The notes: generated from the sequence alone by a model not told the origin. DNA of 64,000 bases from Octopus vulgaris (GCA_951406725.2 OX597839.1:20522001-20586000); one strand, 5' to 3'; counted from the first letter of the stretch, positions 12,318 to 24,789 are shown. Numbers and translations are program-made.

Positions 12318-12736
12318 AGGAGTAAGTCGATTACCTCGACCCCAATGATCAACTGGTACTCGTTTTATCCACCCCCAAAAGGATGAAAGGTAAAGTCGAC
12401 CTTGATAGAATTTGAACTCAGAAAGTAAAGATGGACGAAATATCCATTTCTTTACACAAGGGGCTAAACACAGAGAGGACAAACAAGGACAGACAAACGG
12501 ATTAAGTCGATTATATCGACCCCAGTGTGTAACTGGTACTTATTTAATCGACCCCGAAAGGATGAAAGGCAAAGTCGACCTCGACGGAATTTGAACTCAG
12601 AACGTAACGGCAGACGAAATACGGCTTCGCATTTCACCCGACGTGCTAACGTTTCTGCCAGTTCGCCGCCTTGATGGACGAAATACCGCTAACCATTTTG
12701 CCCAGCGTGGTAAAAATTGTGCCAGCTCATCGCCTT
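12318..12736 (-). mobile_element. SINE family C, younger copy (about 12447-12673) nested in an older copy
   Basis: GTCGACTTT.CCTTTCATCCTTT domain occurs twice; the outer copy resumes at GATGGACGAAAT. Confidence 0.8.
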
Positions 12737-12770
12737 CCATAATAATAATAATAATAATAATATACTGCTG

Positions 12771-13104
12771 AGACCCCCTTCGGTCATGACTGACCGTGGG
12801 ATTGCATCTAGAAAGTTACCCTCCCAGGTACAAGTCCGGTTAAGGTTGTTTATGAATGGCCAGCAGTCGCCCATGCATACCGGCCTCCACTCTCCACGCC
12901 ACTGATGTTATCCAAGGGAAAGGCAAAGGGTCCGATACAGCTTGGCACCTGTGACGTTGCAACTCATTTCTACGGCTGAGTGAACTGCATCAACGTGAAA
13001 TAAGGTGTCTTGCTCAAGAACACAACACGCAGCCCGGTCCGGGATTCGAACTCACAAACTCACGATCGTAAGCTTGACACTCTAACCACTGAGCTATGCG
13101 CCTT
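12771..13104 (-). mobile_element. tRNA-derived SINE family D (CORE-like)
   Basis: A box TAGCTCAGTGG, B box GAGTTCGAATCC, then GTGTTGTGTTCTTGAGCAAGACAC. Second copy at 59946. Confidence 0.85.
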
Positions 13105-13395
13105 TACATAATAATAATAATGATAAAAATAATAATATTAAATAGCAAAGGCTTTGGTGCATGCCTTTCGTGTGTGTCCCCAGGAACTGGTGATTCGAGT
13201 CCTTTTTTAATCCTGACATAATTATGTGAGGGCACGATAGTTATTTATAATTTTTGCTTCTACGAATCCTTCACGATACACGTTTGTTTATTCATTAGTA
13301 ACACATCATGAAGGCGGAAACACCCTGCATACACAACTAAGCATCATAATATGAAGAAGATGTCGATGTTTAAAACTAAATCTAACACTACGCGT

Positions 13396-13520
13396 TAACC
13401 CCCTAAGGGCCTTCTCTCTCTGTGAAGAGCTAACCCCCTAAGGACCACTTTCTGGAGAGCGAAGCGAACCCCCTAAAGACCTCCTCTCTCCCTGAAGGGC
13501 AAACTCCTGAGGACTCTTTG
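13396..13520. repeat. degenerate ~35-bp minisatellite
   Basis: AACCCCCTAA occurs three times, plus a fourth degenerate unit. Confidence 0.7.
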
Positions 13521-14120
13521 TGAATTGCAAATTGATTGATAGCTTACCTTCCCTGCAGAGAATACAGACTACCACATAGAAGTGGGAACGTTAGAATTAT
13601 GGCCTTCATAATTGCATTTCGAGAGAAAATCCGGTGGGGTCTCATTGGTTAGATTAAGCGTGTGGCTTTTAATTTTCTTTTAAATATTTCTACCTTCGAG
13701 TTATTATAATTAACTGTTCGTGAGAATATTTTTCTTATTTTAAAACATGTTTCCAGTGAATTAAAAAGAAAAAACGATGCTGTGAAGATTTAGTAACGAA
13801 ACAACAAAATTAATGGCACAGTGGTAAGCTTCTAGTAAAGTAATCAAGATTACATTTGCGTGACCGATTTTAATGTAGCGTATTGTGTAATCCGGCATAT
13901 ATTAGAAGCCAAAGATATATAAAACTGATGTTGCCTGGTGGGGAAACTTACTGACTGTTTAGAACAGGCTAAGGGAGTAAGAAGGCCCCCTGGATCTAGG
14001 TTAGAAACCGGCTCTTTCTCTATTGGCAAGAAATCTTGAAATAAGACTGAATAATGATACACACACAACAGTGAGCTAGTAAGGTAGATAAATACGGGCA
14101 TTATATATATATATATATAT

Positions 14121-14456
14121 GTTCATCAACAAATTTCTCCGGCAGATTCTCCATCTGGAGTGGTTCGACAGAGTGCCAAACACCGACCTGTGGGAATGGG
14201 TCAACCATGAGCCCATACATGTTCAGATTAGACGAAGCTAATGGAGATGGATTGGACTCACACTGCGGAAAGAACCCCCAAATGTAACACGACAAACACA
14301 TGACTGGAATCCGCAGGGGAAAACGAAGCGAGGACGCCAGAAGCAGACATGGAAGCGGAGCATTTTGGACGAGCTCAGGACCCAAGAAATACCCCAATGA
14401 CCGCAAGAAGTGGAAAACAACTGTTGAGTTCCTATGCTCCACAAGGGGCAAACAGG

Positions 14457-14487
<31 letters not shown>

Positions 14488-14495
14488 GTAATAAT
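14121..14495 (+). mobile_element. RTE-clade LINE 3' end with (TAA)n tail
   Basis: FINKFLRQIL..W..RVPNTDLW..IRRS*WRWIG.TLRK..DWNPQGKTKRGRQKQTW, ending LCSTRGKQD*. Confidence 0.9.
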
Positions 14496-15051
14496 AAATG
14501 CCCTGATGCAGTACCAGGCAGTGGCTCTCATGGCTTCTGATCTTAACTGATTGGAAGTGTTATCATGTACATTGTTTTGTCTTGGTATAAAAGATGGGCT
14601 GCAGCAAATATTCTGCTCAATACCACAGATTTGCTTGTCAGTTGTTTGACCTTAACCAGTTGACCATGCCCCGTAGTGGCTGACAATATATGCATATCTG
14701 ATCATGGGCAGAAGTAGTGGGAGAGCATCATAGCCATATGTTGAAAGGAATTCTTTGGGGCTTGGATAATTCATCTTTGGAAATATGGGTGTTTTATTCA
14801 ACATCCTTAAACAACCCTTATTCAGGGACCTTTTGAGCAGGATGGGCTACTCGACCTGAAGAAAATTCTAACTGGGCCCCACCTGCAAGGTCATGCGCTG
14901 TTTATCTTGATATGAGATCACCATGTCGCGCACATATGGTTGTGATGCATGTACCTGATGTACCTTTATCAGACGGGTAGTCATGATGGGTATATTGGGC
15001 TTCGTCTATTTTACCTTTGTCACTTTGATGGCATGCACTGCTCTCTCACTC

Positions 15052-15081
<30 letters not shown>
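14495..15081 (+). mobile_element. unclassified ~560-bp interspersed repeat bounded by (AAT)n
   Basis: The 3' ~215 bp recurs at 56467-56683, also ending CTCACTC(AAT)n. Confidence 0.75.
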
Positions 15082-15082
<1 letters not shown>

Positions 15083-15340
15083 TATGTACATATATACTTA
15101 TGAGCAATATACTTACATATGCTCCATGTGAAGGCATCTGTCAAGCTTTCAAGCCTGGCTGTCTTTCTCTTCCTTACTACCGCCGAAACCACTCGATTTA
15201 GAATTTCTCTCCTAGACGCTCTCGACGCTGTGGGCCTTGCCCTGGAAAGAGAAGCCGGAATTTAAGTTCACATTCATTTGAGCACTACTCTGCCTTATCT
15301 ATACTGAGCCTACTTGACTCTCACCAACTCACTATATATA

Positions 15341-15726
15341 TCTCTCTATATATATAAACGGTAGTTTGTCTGTCTGCGTGTCTGTGTGTCTGTTAGGTTG
15401 TACCCTTACCCTGACCACGGCTTTCAACCGATTCTGATGAAACTTGACACACACATAGCCCAATGTCATAATTCAAAACTAACGCAGCGAAAATTTTGAA
15501 AAGTTCCCCCAGTTCTGAAAAATATCGATAAATTCGACATGGGGTCGAGAATCAGAAACACAAACCACAGACTGTCTAGGGGGACGCAACTCGACCATTT
15601 TAACTCTCAAAAAAATTTACCATCATTTTTTTTCCATTTTTTTTGCTATTTTTTGGCTATAACTCTCTAAAAATGCTTTATAGTTATTTCCCTCACAAAC
15701 CCGAGCAACGCCGGGCGATACTGCTA

Positions 15727-15727
<1 letters not shown>
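15341..15727 (+). mobile_element. non-autonomous Helitron
   Basis: A|TC...CCCGAGCAACGCCGGG hairpin...CTAG|T; inverted homolog of 4639-5021. Confidence 0.88.
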
Positions 15728-15767
<40 letters not shown>

Positions 15768-16161
15768 AACACATACAATCCAGATATTGTCTCTATCGCT
15801 GTTTACGAAGATTTGTACTCACACGTGTATATACATATCTTTCTTAGTGCACTTAAATGTACACACTTGCGATGAAGGGTTGTAGAACATACGAAAGCCA
15901 TCTGTTAGCGATAAGCCACGGATTTTGGGGTTGGGCGGGTTTTTTTAAAACATTTTTCTTTTGCTTTCTTTTTGGTTGTGTTTTCTTTTTCTTTTTATTT
16001 TATTTTTATTTGAAGACATTTAACTTTGAATTTCTAATATATTTATTTTTCCTTCTGTTGATTTTTGCATATGGTTGCAAGATATAAGATACATAGGTGC
16101 GTGTGTATGTATGTATGTATGTATTATGTATGTGTATGATATGTGTGTGTGTGTGTTCTTG

Positions 16162-16200
<39 letters not shown>

Positions 16201-16911
16201 ATATAAACAAATCTATTGATGTGTGCGTGTATATATATATATATATATATATATAATTTCATGAATACATGTTTTTAACTCTGAGAAGAGTATAATTATA
16301 TTGAAAATTATTTCAGAAATTTCGATATACGTAAAATAGATATTTATCGGTCTGTACGTGTTTTTAGACACACACACACTCATATACACACACACACACA
16401 CACACACTCATACACACACACACACACACACAAATTGATATTTATTTTCATGTTTGTTCCACCAAACCTTCGCGCACACATACATACATACATACAGACA
16501 GACGTACGCAGAATCGCACGCTCACGCACTCCAACCCGGGCGCACATCACGTACAAAAAAAAAAGTTAAAAATCAATTTAATAGATCTCGTTATTATCTA
16601 TTCACAACTAAGCCTAACACTTCCAGCCACAACCACCACAACCACCACCACCACCACCACTACCGCCACACTCCATCACGTCTGCATGTATATCTTGTAG
16701 ACAGATATACAGATATGTTCAGTAATGTCTCCTAGATTTGATCCCACGAAGACCTTGATTTTCTCAGCCGCAAAGATTATCTTTGCAATCTCTTCTGCCG
16801 AATTGACTGTGTATACATTAGTTTCAAAGTTTGGTACAAGTCCAGCAGTCAACAATGTCAGTGGAGGGTTGAGTCAATTACAACAACCCCAGTTTTTTTT
16901 TTTTTTAGTTT

Positions 16912-17199
16912 TTTATGCGCCCCTTTTCAAGCCTAGCCAGGCTCATGGGCCCGGTTTCCCGGTTTCTGTGGTGTATGTGTTCCCCCCAGCTGGACAGGAC
17001 GCCAGTCCATCGCAGCGTTACTCATGAAACAGGAAGAAAGAGTGAGAGAAAGTTGGGGCGAAAGAGTTCAACAGGGGTCGCCACCCCACCCCCTGCCGGA
17101 GCCTCGTGTAGCTTTAGGTGTTTTCGCTCAATAAACACACGCAACGCCTGGTCTGGGAATCGAAACCGCGATCCTCCGACCGCGAGTCCGCTGCCCTAA
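16912..17199 (-). mobile_element. SINE family B, tail type 1
   Basis: Aligns with 3093-3364; extreme 5' end is missing. Confidence 0.85.
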
Positions 17200-17605
17200 T
17201 GTTGTTGTTGCTGATGTTGTTGTGTAGCCTCCAATTAAACAGACCTCTGATCAAACCAGTTTTACTCATCAGGACTACATTTTTTTAAATGACATGCCCT
17301 TCTTTAGAAAATGGTTAGACTTCATTTCGAGGATGGAGATTTGGTTGCTATTACTTGCAAGTCGAGCAGTGTAGAGGCAAAAGCTAACCGTTCATTGGTC
17401 TTGCCTGCATGTGGGATGACACTGTGCTTCACGTTAATATCGTTGTGGGTCCTGGGTCCTCATTGGCCTAAATATAGGCTGATACTATGGTTGATAACGA
17501 AAAGTCTACGAATGGGGTAAAAAAAAACCCACAAAAAACAAACCTAACATCCAGCCAGATATTTAAACCTTTTCCCCTCACCCACACAGATAAATCCACC
17601 ACACA

Positions 17606-17653
<48 letters not shown>

Positions 17654-18167
17654 CGCCATCACTCCTGTCTGTTATATAACAAGCTCACATATGCGCCGGC
17701 TCTGATAACCTGTTAGAGTTATCTTGTGTCATTTTCGGGTTTCCAGCCAAGGACGAGGCAGCTGGCCGTGGTAGGGGTTGCGGATTTCTCAACGAATATA
17801 GAGGGGCAAAGGGAAGGAGGGAGGAATTGAACCTGCAACCTCTGTCGCCCTATTTCTATTTATATTATTTTTTCTATATTTTTTTTACTTGTTGCTTTTT
17901 ATTTTTGGGTGTTTGGTCAAGATATATTTTTACACACCCATATTCTCTCACTCTCTGTCTCTTTATCTCTTTATCTCTCCTCTAAGATTTTTTTTCTTTC
18001 TAAAAAGCCTACAGTAGTGTTTTCTCTTCTTCCTCTGCTTATTTTAGTGGTTGTGGTAAACATGTGGTCTGTGTGTTGTATAGTGAGAGGTGTATATATA
18101 TATATATATACACACACATACAGGTTTCTGTTTGATTATATATGTGTGTATGTATGTCTATATAAAC

Positions 18168-18205
<38 letters not shown>

Positions 18206-18819
18206 ATATATATAATGTAAGTGTGTGTGTGTGTGTGTATATATATAATGTAAGTGTGTGGGTGTGTGTGTAATGTATATTTATGTGTATGTGCGTGTAA
18301 TATATATGTATATACATATGTATGTTTGCACATATATATATGTATATACATATGTATGTTTGCATATATATATATGTACACATATATATATGTATGTTTG
18401 CATATATATATATGTACACACATATATATGTATGTTTGCATATATATATATGTACACACATATATATGTATATATGCATATATGTATATATACGATACGT
18501 ATATATGCATATATGGATATATACGATATATATATTCATATATGTGTGTATGTATATATATATAAATATGTGTGTGTGCGTTTGTGAGTAGGTGCGCGAA
18601 GCAGTGAATGAACGTATACAAACTCAAAGCCAGTTTATGTATGTTTGAGAGGTATTTGAATCAATAAAATCTTATCATTGCAATTAGTCATCGAGAGAAA
18701 ATTCTGACTTCAGACAAAATTTTGTTAAAGCACCGTAGTCACCCTCAGAACGATCTTTTTAGGACAGATGGGTGTTTTCGCACGTGTTTCTTCTCTTCAG
18801 CACCAAATACCAAGAGAGT

Positions 18820-18966
18820 TAACTCTTAGCTTAAAGAAGTTTCTCTGTGTCGAACCACTACTTCTCCGCATTGAGAGGCCCACAGTATCCGTACTGCGGT
18901 CATGTGATTAGAATGTCAGAAAAGGGAATTAGAAGATTGATTCTTGAAGCCAAGCCAACCGGTTGG
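18820..18966 (+). mobile_element. decayed RTE ORF2 C-terminal fragment
   Basis: VEPLLLRIER..GHVIRMSEKGIRRLILEAKPTG. Confidence 0.7.
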
Positions 18967-19092
18967 TGAGCTTAGAGTAAACCAACAACTGTGTTAATGA
19001 TATTGAAAATCTGTCAATGAGTATGTTACAGCTGGGTAACAAAAGTGTTGACACAAAGAAATAAACGATGTGAATTTAACAGGTTTTTTCTG

Positions 19093-19233
19093 TACATTAT
19101 TTACATTTGAAGGATATTTATCCTCATCTTGTTTGTTGCTAACACAACGTTTCGGCTGATATACCCTCCAGCCTTCATCAGGTGTCTTGGGGAAATTTCG
19201 AAACTGTGTTCTCATTCCTAAGGTATTTTTCGA

Positions 19234-19275
<42 letters not shown>

Positions 19276-19347
19276 GGTCACTGCCTAGAATCGAACTCAG
19301 AATCTTGGGGTTAGTAACCGGCGCTCTTAACCACTACGCCATATGCC
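19093..19347 (-). mobile_element. tRNA-headed SINE-like element with hammerhead-containing tail
   Basis: Head 19276-19347 has A box TGGCGTAGTGG and B box GAGTTCGATTC, followed by an (AAT)n linker and a tail with the hammerhead core. Confidence 0.8.
19141..19186 (-). ncRNA. minimal type I hammerhead ribozyme
   Basis: GACAC-CUGAUGA-A-GGCUG-loop-CAGCC-GAAAC-GUU-GUGUU. Stems I and II pair; stem III is the palindromic AACGUU. Confidence 0.75.
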
Positions 19348-19426
19348 CTGATGAAGGCTGGAGGGTATATCAGCCGAAACGTTGTGTTAACAACAAACAA
19401 GATGAGGACAAATATCCGTCAGATGT
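19347..19426 (+). repeat. inverted 80-bp copy of the hammerhead tail
   Basis: Reverse complement of 19103-19182 with 4 mismatches; lacks the 5' arm of stem I. Confidence 0.9.
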
Positions 19427-19737
19427 TCATAAGCCATTTAAGAAACACACAAAATCCGTTCGATTCATTTCAACATTTAAATTTAATTTGTCAAAATATT
19501 TTCGTCGTTTTGAGACCGCGATCTGTTCACTGACAAAATTCCGTGCTGCATCTCACTTGCTATGCAAGTACATCTGGTTCCTCTTTTCACTGGTTATTTT
19601 ACGTGAGAGAATGCATTTATACGTAGAATACACACGATTCCGTCTGTCAGAGAAATACTTTTCGTATTCAAACGGCTACAGTTTCCTATAAAACTTGGCA
19701 TTTGTTCTGCCTTTAAATAAACGTCAGGAACAAACTT

Positions 19738-20154
19738 GGATCTTTTCGGTTTGAACAACAGTTTTTTCTAGCGGTGTCATATGAAATTGTCACCCATAAA
19801 TATGACCCTAGTATCGATCTATTGCATTTCAATCTGTTTTAGGGTTAGGGGTTGGGGGAAGGGTATCTTTTTTTTTTTCACAAATGTAAATAAACCCAAT
19901 CTGTTTCTTAAACGATGAACATATTCATACGGCACAGAATGTTTTTTTTTTTTAGCTCAATAGACGTCAGTGATTGGTTGAAATTGCAGAAATTGAAGAA
20001 AAAAACAACAAATATCTTACAAACTATAGAATTTTCTCAATAAAGCTAAGAGAAAAAGATGTTTTATAAACACATTCTACCAGTATACGAAGTTTAAAAT
20101 TTTTTAGTTACCTAGAAATTATGTTAAAAACTACCGTTCAAACCGAAAAGATCC
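19738..20154. mobile_element. MITE with TIRs and 8-bp TSD
   Basis: TIR GGATCTTTTCGGTTTGAAC / GTTCAAACCGAAAAGATCC; TSD ACAAACTT on both sides. Confidence 0.92.
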
Positions 20155-20576
20155 ACAAACTTTGTTGTTGAGCTCGAAGAATATTATTTCTCTCATGGCC
20201 AACTTGCATGTAAGATATACAAGAATTGGAAATAAACGCAATTTATTTTAATTATTTATGCTCTTTCTGGAAAAAAAAAATCATGTAATATAATAAGGAA
20301 GTTCTGGATTTACACTAAATATCAAATAAGAGAAACGAATAACGGGATTAAGGGGACGAAGGGGACATGATACCGTAAAATGAGAAGCTTACAAACAGAA
20401 TGCGAAATATATATAGTATGGCAAAACTATTAAGTTTTTACCTGAGTTACACCTGGTAACCCTGATATGTATGTGTGTGTGCCCTTTGGTATGTAAATGT
20501 GTATGCACAAGGGAGATGTTAGACATAAGTCACATATGCAGCGCTACAGTTAAAAAATATATATATATGTGTGTGC

Positions 20577-20886
20577 AGGCGCAATGGCCCAGTGGTTAGG
20601 GCAGCGGACTCGCGGTCGTAGGATCGCGGTTTCGATTCCCAGACCGGGCGTTGTGAGTGTTTATTGAGCGAAAACACCTAAAGCTGCACGAGGCTCCGGC
20701 AGGGGGTGGTGGCGACCCCTGCTGTACTCTTTCGCCACAACTTTCTCACACTCTTTCTTCTGTTGGCCTGCTCGCTTAGCCAGCGGGGTGGCGTCACTTG
20801 AAGGCTAAAACAATGCGAAGCGCATTGTGGCCAGCGATGTGTAACAACATTTGATGGCCTGGTCGGTCACGCTGATCACGGTGATA
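20577..20886 (+). mobile_element. SINE family B, tail type 3
   Basis: Full head; tail ..GAAGGCTAAAACAATGCG..GGTCAC..GGTGATA is shared with 28503. Confidence 0.88.
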
Positions 20887-20897
20887 TATATATATTG

Positions 20898-21060
20898 GTG
20901 TAGGAGTGGCTGTGTGGTAAGTAGCTTGCTTACGAGCCACATGGTTCCGGGTTCAGTCCCACTGCGTGGCACTTTCGGCAAGTGTCTTCTACTATAGCCT
21001 CGGGGTCGACCAAAGCCATGTGAGTGGATTTGGTAGACGGAAACTGAAAGAAGCCCGTCG

Positions 21061-21091
<31 letters not shown>

Positions 21092-21240
21092 CTGTGTTTG
21101 TTCCCCCAACATCACTTGACAACCGATGCTGGTGTGTTTACGTCCCCGTAACTTAGCAGTTCGGCAAAAGAGACCGATAGAATAAGTACTAGGCTTCCAA
21201 AAACTAAGTCCTGGGGTCTATTTGCTCAACTGAAGGCGAT
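20898..21240 (+). mobile_element. SINE family A
   Basis: Head through ..AAGGCG; tail end is lost. Confidence 0.88.
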
Positions 21241-21938
21241 GTTATTGTTGCTTCCTGGAGACTTCAAAGCTAGCAACGCCGGGTATTTCAGCTCATATGA
21301 ATATATATATAATTTACAGATCGATGTGAAAAGAGGGGAAAATATAAAAATAAACATCTTTTTTATTTATAATATTGATTTTCGTTTAAAAAATTAATAT
21401 ATTATATGGAAAAAAAAAAAGCAAAATCGATACTAAAACTCATGCAAAGTTAAAATGTTAAATCGGTTAATCTTAAAAAAAAAAAAAGACAAAATGAAAT
21501 CAATGAAACTATATCATATTTATTTCGATTTTATTTTTGTTTTTTTTACAAAACAGTGTGGCAAGAAGATGCTTTGATTTTTTTGTGTATTAATCAAGTT
21601 TGTATTTAGAACGTTCAAGTTTCGATTCCACAACAGATTATGTTGTGGAATTAGGGAAGAGAGATACAGATAAGGAGTTAGGGAAGAGAGATATGGATAA
21701 GGAGACGGACAGAGGTGAGAGGATACGAATGTACATACATGTATCATTTTAGTATGACCTTATTTTCTCTGCCTCTTTCGTCTTAGTATTCCTCTAGACC
21801 CAACTGTTGTAATAGTAGTAGTAGTTGTGGTAGTAGTAGTAGTATTAGATAAAAATGTTCACCGGTTTCTACAATAGTTTTCATTCTCTTTCCGATGATG
21901 GAACAGTTCAAATTTTATATATATATATATATATATGT

Positions 21939-22316
21939 GGAGGCGCAATGGCCCAGTGGTTAGGGCAGCGGACTCGCGGTCGTAGGATCGCGGTTTCGAT
22001 TCCCAGACCGGGCGTTGTGAGTGTTTATTGAGCGAAAACACCTAAAGCTCCGCGAGGCTCCGGCAGGGATAGTGGTGAACCCTGCTGTACTCTTTCACCA
22101 CAACTTTCTCTCACTCTTACTTCCTGTTTCTGTTGTACCTGTATTTCAAAGGGCCGGCCTTGTCACTCTCTGTGTCACGCTGAATATCTCCGAGAACTAC
22201 GTTAAGGGTACACGTGTCTGTGGAGTGCTCAGCCACTTACACGTTAATTTCACGAGCAGGATGTTCCGTTGATCGGATCAACTGGAACCCTCATCGTCGT
22301 AACCGACGGAGTGCTT
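21939..22316 (+). mobile_element. SINE family B, tail type 4
   Basis: Head identical to 20577, with a different ~190-bp tail ending CCGACGGAGTGC. Confidence 0.88.
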
Positions 22317-22343
22317 CCATATATATGTATGTATGTATGTACT

Positions 22344-22708
22344 ATTTTACTTGTTTCAGTCCTTTGACTGCGGCCATGCTGGAGCACCACCATTAGTCGA
22401 GCAAATCGACCCCAGGACTTATTCTTTGTAAGCCTAGTACTTATTCTATCGGTCTCTTTTGCCGAACCGTAAACACACCAGCATTGGTTGTCAAGCGAAG
22501 TTGGGAGAACAAACACACACATATACACACAAGGGGCTAAACACTAAAGAGGACAAACAAGGACGATTAAGTCGATTACATCGACCCCACTGCGTAACTG
22601 GTACTTATTTAATCGACCCCGAAAGGATGAAAGGCAAAGTTGGCCTCGGCTGAATTTGAACTCAGAACGTAGCGTCAGATAAAATACCACTAAGCTTTTC
22701 GCCGCCAG

Positions 22709-22754
<46 letters not shown>

Positions 22755-22970
22755 TGATTTTAAAATTTGGCACAAGGCCAGCAATTTGGGGGAATGAGAT
22801 AAATCGATTACATCGACCCCCCATTGCTCCATTGGTATTTATTTTATCGACCCGGAAATAATGGAAGGCAAAGTTGACCTCGACGGCATTTGAACTCTGA
22901 ACGTAAAGACGGACGAAATGCCGCTAAGTATTTCACCCGACTCGGTTACGATTCTACCAATTCTCTGCCT
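22344..22970 (-). mobile_element. cluster: partial SINE A plus two SINE C copies
   Basis: A 3' half at 22344-22525; C at 22526-22706 and 22760-22970, separated by (AAT)n. Confidence 0.8.
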
Positions 22971-22994
22971 CATAATAATAATAATAACAATAAC

Positions 22995-23030
<36 letters not shown>

Positions 23031-23583
23031 TATTATTATTATTATTATTATAATAACGATGACTACGATGATGTTGGTTTCTGTAATTTCTTATTCTTGT
23101 TTGTTTTTTCTCCCCTATAATCTTCCGTCCTGTTCCTCTCTGAAATTCTTATATATCTCTTCCATATTCTTATTTCGCGATGTTGCTTTTCGGTCTCATT
23201 ACTGCTGCCAAGACTCTCAGGAGAATCCTTCCTTCTTCCTGTTAACAATATCGTATGTCAATTATATATCAATTTTATTTAATGGTTTAGGCAAGATCAA
23301 GGATGGGTGGATAAGGGTTGTATTCGTGACCTTGGAAAGGCACAGCCAAACTCTCTTGGAGAGAGAGAGAGAGAGAGAGAGAGGAATGGTGAGATCGATA
23401 CGGCTGATGTCATGTTCTGTTTCAACAACATCTGCTATAAGACGACGTGTGCGGTGGAAAGGGACCAGCACACATACACACATATTTACACATAAATATA
23501 TATATAGATACATACCTACATATTGATATATTGGTATATCTGTACACACACATCAAGTACGTACGCACATACATAGGCTTATA

Positions 23584-23623
<40 letters not shown>

Positions 23624-23799
23624 ACCGCGTGCGCGCTCACACTCATAGTGACAGACAGGTAATGTACGTATGTATGTATATATATATTTGTATATATATG
23701 TATGTATATATATGTGTATGTATGTATATATATATATATATGTATATATATGTATATATATATATGTGTATGTATATATATATATGTGTATGTATATAT

Positions 23800-23855
<56 letters not shown>

Positions 23856-24493
23856 CATTCTTTTATACGTTTCAGCCATTTGGTTCTGGTCATGCTGGAG
23901 CACCACCGGGATGTCATTATTCGTGCACTCGCGTGTGTAGATAGATATATATAGATACATACATACATACATACATAGATAAATGCATATTGCTATATAT
24001 GTAAACACACACACTCATGTATATATACATAATCACGTGGTACAAGTTTCCTTTTTTTTTGTTATATTTTTAAAGATTTTTGTCATTTTCGCTGTCTTCG
24101 TTTCCCGTTTTGTTACCAAACGGGAGCAGAACTGTGGGTTTGGGTGTGGTGCTGGGTTAAGGGGAAGAATAATCTGTTGTTTTTCTCGTTTGCCATTGTT
24201 GATTCCACAAAGAATTCAATTGAGACCGATTCCAAGAATGGAATAACAGAATGTAATTGAAGTTGTTATTTCAAAAATATATGTGTGTGTGTGTGTGTGT
24301 ATGTGTGTGTGTGTATGAGAATTGAAAGCACTGGTACACACTCACCTACGCACACTTCTATATCTATCTTTGTGCTTATATATATATATGCACAATATAT
24401 GGTGTGTATATATATACACACACATATATATACATGTATATATATATATACATATATATATACATACGCATATATATACACATATATATATAT

Positions 24494-24540
<47 letters not shown>

Positions 24541-24597
24541 AGTTTCTCTATATATCTGTCAGTCTGTCCTCTCTCCCTTTCTCTATTTCTCTCGGTA

Positions 24598-24775
<178 letters not shown>

Positions 24776-24789
24776 CAATTGCGTATGCC

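Noticed and set aside
19276-19347. Functional tRNA gene (also the other SINE heads)
   Set aside because: No clean acceptor stem or terminator; each is fused to a repeat body.
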